The notes under the pieces are model-generated. The model did not search any database. It was given only the letters and a program-made list of their open reading frames with translations, and was not told the origin of the DNA. A stretch of 59,341 nt of DNA from an uncultured Iamiaceae bacterium (lineage in GTDB: Bacteria > Actinomycetota > Acidimicrobiia > Acidimicrobiales > Iamiaceae). The DNA lies in NCBI GenBank assembly GCA_964416885.1, contig CAYQGF010000001.1:1-59341 (forward strand), in the 5' to 3' direction. Made by a program: the position numbers and the translations under genes. Below are positions 20,738-30,154 of the stretch, piece by piece. How positions within the stretch are numbered: the stretch's first letter is position 1; the number at the start of each line of letters is the position of its first letter.

Positions 20738-21798
20738 CCGACCCCGTCCACCCCGAGCTGGGCTTCTACGCCCTGGCCGGCCAGCCCGCCTCGTCCCGGG
20801 ACCTGGTGGCCGAGGTCGTCGAGGGCGAGGCCCTGGGGCTCGGCACCGCCTTCGTGTCGGAGCGCTACAACAAGAAGGAGGCGGCGACCCTGTGCGGGGC
20901 GGCCGGAGCGGTGAGCGAGCGGATCACCATCGCCACCGCGGCCACCAACCACAACACCCGCCACCCGATGGTCACCGCCGGGTTCGCCCGCACCATGCAG
21001 AGCCTCACCGGCGGGCGCTTCGTGCTCGGGCTGGGCCGGGGCATCCCCCTCCAGCAGGACGCCTTCGGGCAGGGCCGCATCACCACCGCGGCGATGGAGG
21101 ACTTCGCCGGGCTGATGCGCCGGCTGTTCCGGGGCGAGGTCGTCGTCGGCCACGACGGCCCGGCCGGGCGCTGGCCGATCCTCCACCTCGACGCCACCCT
21201 CGACGAGCACCTCCCGATGGGCCTGGTCGCCTTCGGGCCGCAGTCGCTGGCCCTCGGCGGTCGGGCCTTCGACCAGGTCGTGCTGCACACCTTCTTCACC
21301 GAGGAGACCACCCGACGCTGCGTCGAGACGGTGAAGCGGGCCGCCGAGGAGGCCGGCCGCGACCCCGACGAGGTCGAGGTCTGGTCGTGCTTCGCCACCG
21401 TCGGCGACCACGTCCCCGCCGACGCCCGGCTGATGAAGCTGGTCGGCCGGCTGGCCACGTACCTCCAGGCCTACGGCGACCTGCTGGTCCGCACCAACGG
21501 CTGGGACCCGGCCGTGCTCCAGCGGGTCCTGGCCGACCCGGTGGTGGCCTCGGTGCGGGGCCTCGACATCGCGGGCACCACCGAGCAGCTCGAGCACGTC
21601 GCCACCCTCATCCCCGACGAGTGGCTGGCCCCGGCCGCCACCGGGAGCCCGGCCCAGTGCGTGGCCGCCATCCGGGGCCAGCTCGCCCTCGGGTGCGACG
21701 GCGTGATCCTCCACGGGGCCACGCCGGTCGAGCTGGCGCCGATCGTCGCCGAGTACCGTCGCCCCATGGAGCCGATGCCGTCGTCGGGGGCCCGATGA
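20734..21798 (+). CDS. LLM-class F420-dependent oxidoreductase (TIGR03857/MSMEG_2249-like)
   Basis: ELGFYALAG, FVSERYNKKEAATL, ATAATNHNTRHP, GCDGVILHGATP. Confidence 0.88.
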   Translation: MTDPVHPELGFYALAGQPASSRDLVAEVVEGEALGLGTAFVSERYNKKEAATLCGAAGAVSERITIATAATNHNTRHPMVTAGFARTMQSLTGGRFVLGLGRGIPLQQDAFGQGRITTAAMEDFAGLMRRLFRGEVVVGHDGPAGRWPILHLDATLDEHLPMGLVAFGPQSLALGGRAFDQVVLHTFFTEETTRRCVETVKRAAEEAGRDPDEVEVWSCFATVGDHVPADARLMKLVGRLATYLQAYGDLLVRTNGWDPAVLQRVLADPVVASVRGLDIAGTTEQLEHVATLIPDEWLAPAATGSPAQCVAAIRGQLALGCDGVILHGATPVELAPIVAEYRRPMEPMPSSGAR

Positions 21799-22793
21799 GC
21801 CGCCTCGCCCGCACCGTCCGGCTGGCCGCCCTCGGCGGGGCCGGCGCCCTGGCCGTCCGGGCCGTCGCCGCCCGCCGGCGCACCCTCGCCCCGGTGCCGG
21901 CCGAGATGCGCCACCCGCTGCTCTGGTTCCCGACGAGCGTGCGCGACGAGCGCACGCTCGGCATCGGGCGCACGGTCCTGGCCCGGCTGTCGGAGCCCGT
22001 GGCGCCGGGCGTCACCGTCGAGCGCCGGGCGGTGCCGGGGTCGGCGGCCGAGGTGGTCCTGTACCAGCCGGCCGAGCGGGCCCGTCCGAGCGGTGCCCTG
22101 GTGTGGGTGCACGGCGGCGGCCTGGTGATGGGCCGGGCCGAGGAGTCCGGCGGGCGGTGCAGCCAGCTCGCCGCCGAGCTGGGCATCCTCGCCGTCAGCG
22201 TCGAGTACCGCCTGGCCCCCGAGCACCCGTTCCCGGCCGGGCTCGACGACTGCATGGCCGCCCTGCGCTGGGTCCACGACCACGCCGACGAGCTGGGCGT
22301 CGACCCGGCCCGGGTCGCGGTGGGCGGCGACAGCGCCGGCGGCGGCCTCGCCGCGGCGATGGCCCAGCGCGCCCGCGACGAGGGCGGCCCGCCGATCGCC
22401 CTCCAGCTCCTCGTCTACCCGATGCTCGACGACCGGACGTCGGCCGCCGGAGGCCCCGAGACGCTCGTGTGGACCCCGACGTCGAACCGGTGGGCGTGGG
22501 GCGCCTACCTGGGCCACCCGGCGGGCGCGGCGGAGGACCGGCCCTACGCGGTGCCGGCCCGGTGCGCCGACCTGGCCGGGCTGCCGCCCGCCTGGCTGGG
22601 CGTCGGCACCAACGACATCTTCCACGACGAGGACGTCACCTACGCCCGCCGGCTCATCGAGGCCGGCGTCCCCTGCGACCTGGTGGTCATCGACGGGATG
22701 TACCACGGCACCGACGCCCTCCGCCCCGGTGCCGCCGGGGTGCGGCGGTTCACCTCCGGCCTCACCGACGCCCTCCGCACCGCCATCGCCTGA
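21795..22793 (+). CDS. alpha/beta hydrolase, HSL-like esterase
   Basis: HGGG, YRLAPEHPFPAG, GDSAGG, YPMLDDRT, YHG. Confidence 0.93.
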   Translation: MSRLARTVRLAALGGAGALAVRAVAARRRTLAPVPAEMRHPLLWFPTSVRDERTLGIGRTVLARLSEPVAPGVTVERRAVPGSAAEVVLYQPAERARPSGALVWVHGGGLVMGRAEESGGRCSQLAAELGILAVSVEYRLAPEHPFPAGLDDCMAALRWVHDHADELGVDPARVAVGGDSAGGGLAAAMAQRARDEGGPPIALQLLVYPMLDDRTSAAGGPETLVWTPTSNRWAWGAYLGHPAGAAEDRPYAVPARCADLAGLPPAWLGVGTNDIFHDEDVTYARRLIEAGVPCDLVVIDGMYHGTDALRPGAAGVRRFTSGLTDALRTAIA

Positions 22794-22822
22794 CCGGGCG
22801 GCGACCGGTGCTCGGACGCGGA

Positions 22823-22853
22823 GGAGGGGCCGGCTCCGGGAGCCGGCCCCTCC
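22823..22853. terminator. hairpin between convergent genes
   Basis: GGAGGGGCCGGCTCC-G-GGAGCCGGCCCCTCC. Confidence 0.65.
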
Positions 22854-22900
22854 GTCGCCCCGTACGCACGAGGAGAGACGACGAGCGTGCGCGGGACGCC

Positions 22901-23389
22901 TCAGGTGATCGTCAGGCTGCCTGTCATGCCGGACTCGACGTGACCGGCGATGGTGCAGGTCAGCTCGTAGGTACCCGGCGCCAGGCCGCTGATGTCGAGC
23001 TCGGCGGTCTCACCCCCGGCGAGGACCGGGGTCTCGTTGCCGCCCTCGACGGCCAGCGTGTGCTCGACGGCACCGGCGTTGACGACGTGGAGGCTGGCCG
23101 TGCCGGCCGGGACCTGGACGTCCTCCGGCATGATCATGAACTCCATGAGGTCGACCTCGACGCCGCCACCGGCCGAGGCTGCGGCCCCGCCGCCCCCTCC
23201 CCCGCTGCGGGCCTCGTCGGTCGCCCGGGCGGCCATGGCCACCGCGAACGTCGCGGCCAGGAAGGCGAACACGGCGATGAAGAGGGCACCGAGGGCGATG
23301 GTCTCGGTGTTGAGGCCGGGTCGGCGGGCCGGAGCCGGGCGCGGCGCGGGCTCGGGGGCCTCGGTGGGGGGTGTCTCGACGACGGTCAT
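22901..23389 (-). CDS. membrane-anchored cupredoxin
   Basis: TM helix; N.G.VEH...GTYELTCTIAGHVESGM type-1 Cu ligands. Confidence 0.9.
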   Translation of the reverse strand: MTVVETPPTEAPEPAPRPAPARRPGLNTETIALGALFIAVFAFLAATFAVAMAARATDEARSGGGGGGAAASAGGGVEVDLMEFMIMPEDVQVPAGTASLHVVNAGAVEHTLAVEGGNETPVLAGGETAELDISGLAPGTYELTCTIAGHVESGMTGSLTIT

Positions 23390-24507
23390 CAGTTCTCCTC
23401 GACGATGAAGGCGCTCACCATGCCGAACATGCCGTGCTCGCTCTCGGCGTGGGTGAGGATGTGGCAGTGGAAGGCCCAGGCGCCGATGCCGAGCTCGTCG
23501 GTGACGACGATGGCGTCCCAGCGCTCACCGGGGGCGATGGTCAGGGTGTCGCAGATGAAGGGCTGCGGGAGCGGGTAGCCGTCCCGGGCGAAGACCTCCA
23601 TGTGGAACCCGTGCAGGTGCACCGGGTGCACCATGTTGCCCTCGTTCATGAACCGGAAGCGGACCCGTTGCCCCACCTTGGCCGTGTAGGCGCTGGTGGC
23701 CGGGAAGCCCTTGCCGTTGATCGTGTAGCCGCCGAGGGCGTCGTTGAAGATGTAGAGGTAGTCCAGGTCGTAGTCCGGCTCGTCGGCGGGGTCGGCCGGG
23801 TCGATGATCAGGGCGCCCAGCAGCCCACCGCCGACCTGCACCGCGGCGTTGTGGTGCGAGTGGTACATGTGCGAGCCGAACGGGCGGGCGGTGAACTCGT
23901 AGGTGTAGCTCTCGCCCGGCTTGATCGGCGGCTGGGTGATGAACGGCACGCCGTCCTGGTCGTTGGGGAGCCGCTGGCCGTGCCAGTGGACGGCGGTGCT
24001 CTCCTCCAGCTCGTTGTGGACGAGGATGCGGATCTTCTCGCCCTCGGTGGCCCGGATGGTCGGGCCGGGGATCATGCCGTTGTAGGCCATGCCCTGCTCG
24101 ATCTGGCCGGGTGTGACCTCCCACTCGATGGGGGCGCAGGTCAGCTCGAAGACCTTGGTGTCACCGTCCATCGTGAACTCGGCGTCCTGGGCCCCGAGGC
24201 CTTCGGTGATGGGGTCGGTGATGTTGGCGAGGAACTGGGTGATCCCCTCCTCGTGCATGGCGTCCATCTCGTCGGCGGAGACCGAGCCGGAGGAGCCGCT
24301 GCTCCCCGAGCCCTCGCCCTCCGTCGTGGCTGTCGCGCCGCCCCCGCCGCCGGCGGAGGCCGACTCGGAGTCGCCACGGGGCCACGCCGCGGCGGCGGTG
24401 GCGCCGACCAGGGCCGCGCCTCCGATCCCGCCGGCGACCATCCCCATGAACAGCCGTCGGTCGACACCGGCGAGCTCCTCCGCCGGTTCGATCCCTTCCT
24501 CGGACAT
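23389..24507 (-). CDS. two-domain multicopper oxidase, Tat-exported
   Basis: DRRLFMG Tat motif; HWHG, YHSH, HPVHLHG, HCHILTH...GM. Confidence 0.9.
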   Translation of the reverse strand: MSEEGIEPAEELAGVDRRLFMGMVAGGIGGAALVGATAAAAWPRGDSESASAGGGGGATATTEGEGSGSSGSSGSVSADEMDAMHEEGITQFLANITDPITEGLGAQDAEFTMDGDTKVFELTCAPIEWEVTPGQIEQGMAYNGMIPGPTIRATEGEKIRILVHNELEESTAVHWHGQRLPNDQDGVPFITQPPIKPGESYTYEFTARPFGSHMYHSHHNAAVQVGGGLLGALIIDPADPADEPDYDLDYLYIFNDALGGYTINGKGFPATSAYTAKVGQRVRFRFMNEGNMVHPVHLHGFHMEVFARDGYPLPQPFICDTLTIAPGERWDAIVVTDELGIGAWAFHCHILTHAESEHGMFGMVSAFIVEEN

Positions 24508-24602
24508 CGTCGTCTCTCCCGTCTGGCGGCCTCCTTCGGCCGCCGATGCGAGTCTCGGTCCGACCGGGGACCGACCGTCAGGGCATCGGGGCCCGACCCG
24601 GT

Positions 24603-24616
24603 GGGACGAAGGTCCC
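24603..24616. promoter_or_regulatory. DosR/DevR-like box
   Basis: GGGACGAAGGTCCC upstream of the multicopper oxidase. Confidence 0.75.
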
Positions 24617-24637
24617 AAGAAGGTCCCGGGCCGGGCG

Positions 24638-25090
24638 TCAGCCGCTCGGCTCGACGACCTCGGTCGGGTGGTGGACGATGCGACGGCCGCTGACGATCTC
24701 GGTGGAGAGGAACAGGATCCGCGACGCGCCCCGCGGCGCCCAGCGGGGGATGGCGCTCGACAGGATCGGCCCGGCCAGGCCGGCCGGCGGGACCTCCTCG
24801 GCGATGCCGGTGACGACCACGCTCCACCCGGTGTGCTCCATCGGGTCGACCTCGTCGACCTCGAAGGCGACCACGGCGCCCCGGGTCGCGGCGTCGAGCT
24901 TGCTCCCGACCCCGGTGCGGAACACGACGTGCTCGTCGATCAGCCGGAAGTTCACCGGCAGGATGGTGGGCAACGCCCCCACCGAGAGCGCCACCCGACC
25001 GAGGTGCGCCTGCGCCAGCAGGGCGAGGCACTCCTCCCGGTCGAGGACGTCGAGTCCGTTGCGGTCCACCGTCATGGTGTCGATGGTCAC
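24638..25090 (-). CDS. pyridoxamine 5'-phosphate oxidase-like FMN-binding protein
   Basis: LDREECLALL...GRVA...ILPVNF...VVFRT...VAFEVD...GWSVVVTG...VSGRR. Confidence 0.9.
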   Translation of the reverse strand: MTIDTMTVDRNGLDVLDREECLALLAQAHLGRVALSVGALPTILPVNFRLIDEHVVFRTGVGSKLDAATRGAVVAFEVDEVDPMEHTGWSVVVTGIAEEVPPAGLAGPILSSAIPRWAPRGASRILFLSTEIVSGRRIVHHPTEVVEPSG

Positions 25091-25111
25091 CGTCGATCGG
25101 ACGGCCCGCTA

Positions 25112-25125
25112 GGGCCGAAGGTCCC
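25112..25125. promoter_or_regulatory. DosR/DevR-like box
   Basis: GGGCCGAAGGTCCC upstream of the PNPOx-like gene. Confidence 0.7.
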
Positions 25126-25148
25126 GACCGTCCGGGCGTGGCCCCGGG

Positions 25149-25805
25149 CTAGGTGTCGTGCTCGGTGCGACGGCGCTCGGCCAGGCGGGCGGCGTAGACC
25201 GCGGCCTCGGTGCGACGGCTCATCCCCAGCTTGGCCAGCAGGTTCGACACGTAGTTCTTGACCGTCTTCTCGGCCAGGAACATCTGCTCGGCGATCTGGC
25301 GGTTGGTGAGCCCGTCGGCCAGGTGGCCGAGGATCCGGCGCTCCTGGTCGGTGAGCACCTTCAGCCGCTCGTCCTCCTCCGGGCCGCGCCGCAGCCGTTC
25401 GAGGACCCGGGTGGTGACCGCCGGGTCGAGCAGGGTCTCCCCCGCCGCCACCCGGCGGATCGACGACACCAGCTCGCCGCCCCGCACCTCCTTCAGCACG
25501 TAGCCCGAGGCGCCGGCGACGATCGACTCGAAGAGGGCCTCGTCGTCGGAGTAGGAGGTGAGCATCAGGCACGCCAGCTCGGGCCGTTCGGAGCGGACGT
25601 CGCGGCAGACCTCGACCCCGCTGCCGTCGGGCAGACGGACGTCGAGCACCGCCACGTCGGGGTTCGACGCCGGGATGCGGGCGACCGCGTCGGCCGCGGT
25701 GCCGGCCTCGCCCACGACCTCGATGTCGGGCTCGGCCTCGAGCAGTTCGCGCACGCCCCGGCGCACGACCTCGTGGTCGTCGAGGAGGAAGACGCGGATG
25801 GCCAT
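25149..25805 (-). CDS. NarL/LuxR response regulator, DosR/DevR-like
   Basis: [58 protein letters not shown], close to the DevR HTH. Confidence 0.93.
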   Translation of the reverse strand: MAIRVFLLDDHEVVRRGVRELLEAEPDIEVVGEAGTAADAVARIPASNPDVAVLDVRLPDGSGVEVCRDVRSERPELACLMLTSYSDDEALFESIVAGASGYVLKEVRGGELVSSIRRVAAGETLLDPAVTTRVLERLRRGPEEDERLKVLTDQERRILGHLADGLTNRQIAEQMFLAEKTVKNYVSNLLAKLGMSRRTEAAVYAARLAERRRTEHDT

Positions 25806-25908
25806 GGGCCCATCATGGCGGATCCCGGCGACCCCGGCCGGCCCCGAGGGCCGACCGGACCGGCTTCGACCAGCCCCGGGACCGACCGGACCGATACTCT
25901 CCCGGTGC

Positions 25909-27048
25909 GTGTCACGACCGACTGTGGGGGCCCACGCCGGGCCCGCAGCCCTCCGCCGATTGCTCGACGCCGTGCTCACGGTCGGTTCCGACCTCGACCT
26001 GCCCACGGTGCTCCACCGCATCGTCGAGACGGCCACCGATCTCGTCGATGCCCGCTACGGCGCCCTCGGCGTCCTCGACGAGAGCCGGACCCGGCTCAGC
26101 CAGTTCATCACCGTCGGGATCGACGACGACGACCGGGCCGCGATCGGCGACCTCCCCAAGGGGCACGGGATCCTCGGCCTGCTGATCACCGACCCTCGGC
26201 CGATCCGGCTGCCCGACCTGAGCGAGCACCCCGACAGCTACGGCTTCCCCCCCAACCACCCGCCGATGACCTCGTTCCTCGGCGTCCCCATCCGGGTCCA
26301 CGGCGAGGTCTTCGGCAACCTCTACCTCTGCGACCGGCAGGGCGACGAGGTGTTCTCCGACGTCGACGAGGAGATGGCGGTCACCCTCGCCGCCGCGGCC
26401 GGCATCGCCATCGACCAGGCCCGTCTGCACGCCCGGGCCGGCGAGATGTCGATGATGGCCGACCGCGACCGGATCGCCCGCGACCTCCACGACCGGGTCA
26501 TCCAGCGGCTCTTCGCCATCGGCCTGAGCCTCGAGGGGATCAGCCGGGCCGACCTGCCGCCCGACGTCACCGACCGCCTGCACCGCGCCGTCGACGACCT
26601 GGACGAGACCGTCCGCCAGGTCCGGTCCTCGATCTTCGAGCTGGGCGAGCGGCGCCTGCCGGGCCGGTCGCTCCGCCAGGAGGTCATCGCCGTGTGCGCC
26701 GACGCGGCCCGGGGGCTCGGCTTCGAGCCGGTCGTCCGCTTCGAGGGCCCGGTCGACGCCGCCACCGATGCCACGATCGCCGACCACCTGCTGTCGGTGG
26801 TGCGGGAGGCGCTGTCCAACGTCGCCCGCCACGCCCAGGCCCACCACGTCGAGGTGGGGGTGCGGGCCGCGGACGGCACCATCGAGCTCGTCGTCGTCGA
26901 CGACGGGGTGGGCATCGACCCCGCCGCGCCGGAGGGCAACGGCCTCCGCAACATGGAGCGGCGGGCCACCGGCCTCGGCGGCCAGGTCGTGGTCGAGCCC
27001 GGCGTGACCACGGGCACCCGGGTCACCTGGACGGTGCCCCAGGAGTGA
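25909..27048 (+). CDS. GAF sensor histidine kinase, DosS/DevS-like
   Basis: GAF with [51 protein letters not shown]. Confidence 0.92.
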   Translation: MSRPTVGAHAGPAALRRLLDAVLTVGSDLDLPTVLHRIVETATDLVDARYGALGVLDESRTRLSQFITVGIDDDDRAAIGDLPKGHGILGLLITDPRPIRLPDLSEHPDSYGFPPNHPPMTSFLGVPIRVHGEVFGNLYLCDRQGDEVFSDVDEEMAVTLAAAAGIAIDQARLHARAGEMSMMADRDRIARDLHDRVIQRLFAIGLSLEGISRADLPPDVTDRLHRAVDDLDETVRQVRSSIFELGERRLPGRSLRQEVIAVCADAARGLGFEPVVRFEGPVDAATDATIADHLLSVVREALSNVARHAQAHHVEVGVRAADGTIELVVVDDGVGIDPAAPEGNGLRNMERRATGLGGQVVVEPGVTTGTRVTWTVPQE

Positions 27049-27060
27049 CCCGCGGCCCGT

Positions 27061-27074
27061 GGGACCAAGGTCCC
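27061..27074. promoter_or_regulatory. DosR/DevR-like box
   Basis: GGGACCAAGGTCCC upstream of the USP gene. Confidence 0.75.
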
Positions 27075-27216
27075 GGGTGGGCCCGGCCCGACGCCCCTGG
27101 TCGCGAGGGACCGGGCACGGCACCATCGGTGGGACCTCACGAGAGGAGGCCGCCGTGGAGCGCACCGTCACCCCCGACCGAACTGCCGTCCGCCCCCGGG
27201 CCACGGAGGCGCCTCG

Positions 27217-28053
27217 ATGACCGCGCCCAGCCCCCCGGTCGCCCCGACCTTCACCACCGTCGTGACCACCGTCGACGACCGGCCGGCCAGCGAGCGGGCG
27301 GTCCCGGTCGCGGCGGCCCTGGCCCACCTGTCGAACGCCGCGGTGGAGCTCCTGACGGTCGACACCGACGGCCTGTCGGAGAGCCGGTGCCGGCGCCGGC
27401 TCGACGACGTCGCCCGGCTCCTGCCGGCCGACCTCCCGGTGACGACCACGCTGGAGTTCTCCTTGGAGTCGGTGGCCGAGGCGGTCGCTCGGGTCGACCG
27501 GGGGCCGGGCGCGGTGCTCTGCATCGCCACCCACGGGCGGGGCTCGCTGACCGCCCTCGCGCTGGGCAGCGTGACCACGCACCTGCTGCGCCACACCGAC
27601 CTCTCGATCCTCACCGTGGGGCCCCAGTGCGCGGCCCCCGGGGCCGACGACCTCGCTCGGCCGGCGATCGCCGCCCTCGACGGCAGCTCGCTCGACGACG
27701 ACGTCATGGCCGCCGCCGCCACCTGGTGCCGCTCGACCGGCGCACCGCTGACGGTCACCACGACCATCACCCGGCCGAGCGAGCCCCTCGCCTGGTCCGA
27801 CGCCGACCAGGTGCTGGCCTGGGCCGAGCGGCGGGCGGTCGAGCTGGGCCTGCCCGACGCCACCACCAGCCTGGTCGCGGCGTCCGACGCGTCGGAGGGC
27901 ATCCTCCGCGCCCTCGACGGCCCGCCCGGCTGCTACGTGGTCGGCTCGCACCGCCGCGGCCCCGTCGGACGCTTGATCTACGGGAGCAACGCCACCCGGC
28001 TGGTGCAGCAGGCTCCCTGCCCCGTGCTCGTCGCCGGGCCGGCCCGCCCGTGA
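27217..28053 (+). CDS. universal stress protein (two domains)
   Basis: ATHGRG..ALALGSVT and VVGSHRRG..LIYGSNA..APCPVLV. Confidence 0.9.
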   Translation: MTAPSPPVAPTFTTVVTTVDDRPASERAVPVAAALAHLSNAAVELLTVDTDGLSESRCRRRLDDVARLLPADLPVTTTLEFSLESVAEAVARVDRGPGAVLCIATHGRGSLTALALGSVTTHLLRHTDLSILTVGPQCAAPGADDLARPAIAALDGSSLDDDVMAAAATWCRSTGAPLTVTTTITRPSEPLAWSDADQVLAWAERRAVELGLPDATTSLVAASDASEGILRALDGPPGCYVVGSHRRGPVGRLIYGSNATRLVQQAPCPVLVAGPARP

Positions 28054-28102
28054 GCGCCGGCCGCCCGGTCCCACCCGTGAGGTCCCAGCCCAGGAGGCAC
28101 CG

Positions 28103-28588
28103 ATGAAGGTCACCACCGCTCGTGAGCTGCTCGAGGCCGAGGCCCGCCGGCTCGACCTCCTCCACCGCACCGTCGACGCCGACCACCGCATCGAGGTGGC
28201 CGACGCCGAGGCCCGCCCGGTGTCCGAGGCCCAGGGCGCCGATGCCGCGGCCCGCACCCTCGAGCTGGAGGTCGGCGTGTCGCTCCGGGCCACGGTCACC
28301 GCCGAGTGCGCGGCACTGGTCGCCGCCCTCGAACGGCTCCAGCTGGGCACCTACGGGCGGTGCACCGCCTGCGGCGCCGTGGTGCCCGACGAGCGCCTGA
28401 CCGAGCTGCCGACCACCCCCTTCTGCGTGGCGTGCGAGGCCGCCGGCGAACGGTCCCCGGCCGCGGCCGCCACGATGCGGCCCCGCGCCCTCGACGACCT
28501 CGGCCCCGGCGCCGACGACGACAGCGACGACGAGGTCCGGGAGCAGCCGGCCGAGGAGGCCGCGGTCCGGTCCCGTCGGCCGGCGTGA
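28103..28588 (+). CDS. TraR/DksA-type C4 zinc-finger protein
   Basis: ALERLQLGTYGRCTACG..ERL..LPTTPFCVAC; SD AGGAGG. Confidence 0.88.
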   Translation: MKVTTARELLEAEARRLDLLHRTVDADHRIEVADAEARPVSEAQGADAAARTLELEVGVSLRATVTAECAALVAALERLQLGTYGRCTACGAVVPDERLTELPTTPFCVACEAAGERSPAAAATMRPRALDDLGPGADDDSDDEVREQPAEEAAVRSRRPA

Positions 28589-28598
28589 CCAACGGCCC
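28585..28598. promoter_or_regulatory. degenerate DosR-like box
   Basis: GTGACCAACGGCCC upstream of the second PNPOx-like gene. Confidence 0.5.
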
Positions 28599-28634
28599 TA
28601 CCGGGGCGGGCCCGGGAGGCGCACGGTGGGAGCC

Positions 28635-29072
28635 ATGACCGACACCCCGACACCCAGGTCCCAACCCGTCGACCGCCTCGGGCTCGAGGTCCTCGGTCCC
28701 GACGAGTGCTGGTCGCTGCTGACGACCACGCCGGTCGGGCGGCTCGGGTTCGTCGCCGACGGCGGCCCGATGGTGCTCCCGGTGGTCCACGCCACGATCG
28801 GCCGGCGCATCGCCTTCCGCAGCCCGCCGGGCGGCAAGCTGGCCGCGGCCCACATGGGCGACCAGGTCGCCTTCGAGGTCGACGGCTGGGACGAGGAGGC
28901 CCGCTCCGGGTGGAGCGTCGTGGCCCGGGGCACGGCGGAGGCCGCGCCCGACGACACCGCCGAGCTCGACGCCCTCGACCACAACCCCTGGATCCCCCTC
29001 GTCGCCGAGGGCACCTGGGTCGAGGTCCGGGTCGACGAGATCAGCGGCCGGCGCTTCGCGTTCCCCGTCTGA
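28635..29072 (+). CDS. pyridoxamine 5'-phosphate oxidase-like FMN-binding protein
   Basis: ECWSLL..VGRLGF..VAFEVD..GWSVVARG..ISGRR. Confidence 0.9.
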   Translation: MTDTPTPRSQPVDRLGLEVLGPDECWSLLTTTPVGRLGFVADGGPMVLPVVHATIGRRIAFRSPPGGKLAAAHMGDQVAFEVDGWDEEARSGWSVVARGTAEAAPDDTAELDALDHNPWIPLVAEGTWVEVRVDEISGRRFAFPV

Positions 29073-29105
29073 GGACGCGCCCGGGCCCACCGGCCGGGCC
29101 GACAT

Positions 29106-29119
29106 GGGACCTTGGCCAC
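29106..29119. promoter_or_regulatory. DosR-like box
   Basis: GGGACCTTGGCCAC upstream of the USP gene. Confidence 0.65.
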
Positions 29120-29155
29120 TGGCACGACGCGCCCGGCGGCACCACCCTGGGGGTC

Positions 29156-30049
29156 ATGGAGACCTCTGCCTCGTCCACCACCCCGCTCCCCGTCGTCGTC
29201 GGTGTCGACGGGTCCGACAGCGCCACCGGTGCGGTCCGGTGGGCCGCCGCCGAGGCGGCCCGGAGGGGAGCCCCGCTGCGGCTCGTCGCGGCGTGGGAGG
29301 TCCCCGCCGCCGCGGTGTGGGGGCCGATGACGACGCCCACCGCCGACCCCGACCTGTTCCGGGAGGTCGCCTCGGAGGCGATCGAGGCCGCCACCGCCCA
29401 GGTCCGGGACGAGATGGGCGACGGCGCGCCCACCATCGAGGTCGAGACGCGGCACGGTCCGCCGATCTCCGAGCTGCTCGCGGCCGCCGAGGGGGCGTTG
29501 TGCCTGGTCGTCGGCACCCATGGCCGGGGCCGCCTGGCGCGTGCCGTCCTCGGTTCGGTCTCCACCGCCTGCGCCCATCACACGCCGGTCCCCCTGGTGG
29601 TGGTGCACGAGAGCGACCGCAGCGGGGACGGCGACGTCGTCGTGGGCTTCGACGGCTCGACCACCAGCCGCGCCGCGGTGCTGTGGGCGGCTCGCCATGC
29701 CCTCGCCCTCGGGGCCGGGCTGCGCGTCGTCCACGTGTGGACGTCCTCGCTCGGTGACGCGGCGGAGCTCGTGGTCGAGGGCGTGGTCACGGACCCGGCG
29801 CCCGCGGTCGAGCAAGCGGTGGCCGACGTGCTGGACGAGGCCGGGCTCGACGAGCGGCCGCCGGTCACCGTCCAGCTCGTCCCCGGCAACCCCCGACGGG
29901 CCCTGGTCGACGCGGCCGAGGGCGCCGCCGCGCTCGTGGTCGGACGCCGCGGCATCGGCGGCTTCGCGGGGCTGCTGATCGGCTCGGTGGCCCACGCCAG
30001 CCTCCACCACAGCTCCGGGCCCGTCGTCATCGTCCCCCCGCCCGCCTGA
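29156..30049 (+). CDS. universal stress protein (two domains)
   Basis: VVVGVDGS, LVVGTHGRG..LGSVS, VVVGFDGS, VVGRRG.GGF..LLIGSV. Confidence 0.94.
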   Translation: METSASSTTPLPVVVGVDGSDSATGAVRWAAAEAARRGAPLRLVAAWEVPAAAVWGPMTTPTADPDLFREVASEAIEAATAQVRDEMGDGAPTIEVETRHGPPISELLAAAEGALCLVVGTHGRGRLARAVLGSVSTACAHHTPVPLVVVHESDRSGDGDVVVGFDGSTTSRAAVLWAARHALALGAGLRVVHVWTSSLGDAAELVVEGVVTDPAPAVEQAVADVLDEAGLDERPPVTVQLVPGNPRRALVDAAEGAAALVVGRRGIGGFAGLLIGSVAHASLHHSSGPVVIVPPPA

Positions 30050-30056
30050 CGCACCC

Positions 30057-30084
30057 CGCGGAGGTGACGATCGTCACCTCCGCG
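30057..30084. terminator. 28-bp perfect palindrome after the USP gene
   Basis: CGCGGAGGTGACGATCGTCACCTCCGCG. Confidence 0.5.
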
Positions 30085-30105
30085 GCCGTCACGCCTCGGG
30101 AACGT

Positions 30106-30119
30106 GGGACCAAGGGCCC
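30106..30119. promoter_or_regulatory. DosR-like box
   Basis: GGGACCAAGGGCCC upstream of the Cys-rich hypothetical gene. Confidence 0.7.
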
Positions 30120-30154
30120 TATCGGCGGCCCGACGACGGGCGCACCATCCCTCC

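Noticed and set aside
23389..24507. Copper nitrite reductase NirK
   Set aside because: Domain 1 lacks the type-1 Cys (YHSH rather than YHC); the ligand layout fits a two-domain oxidase.
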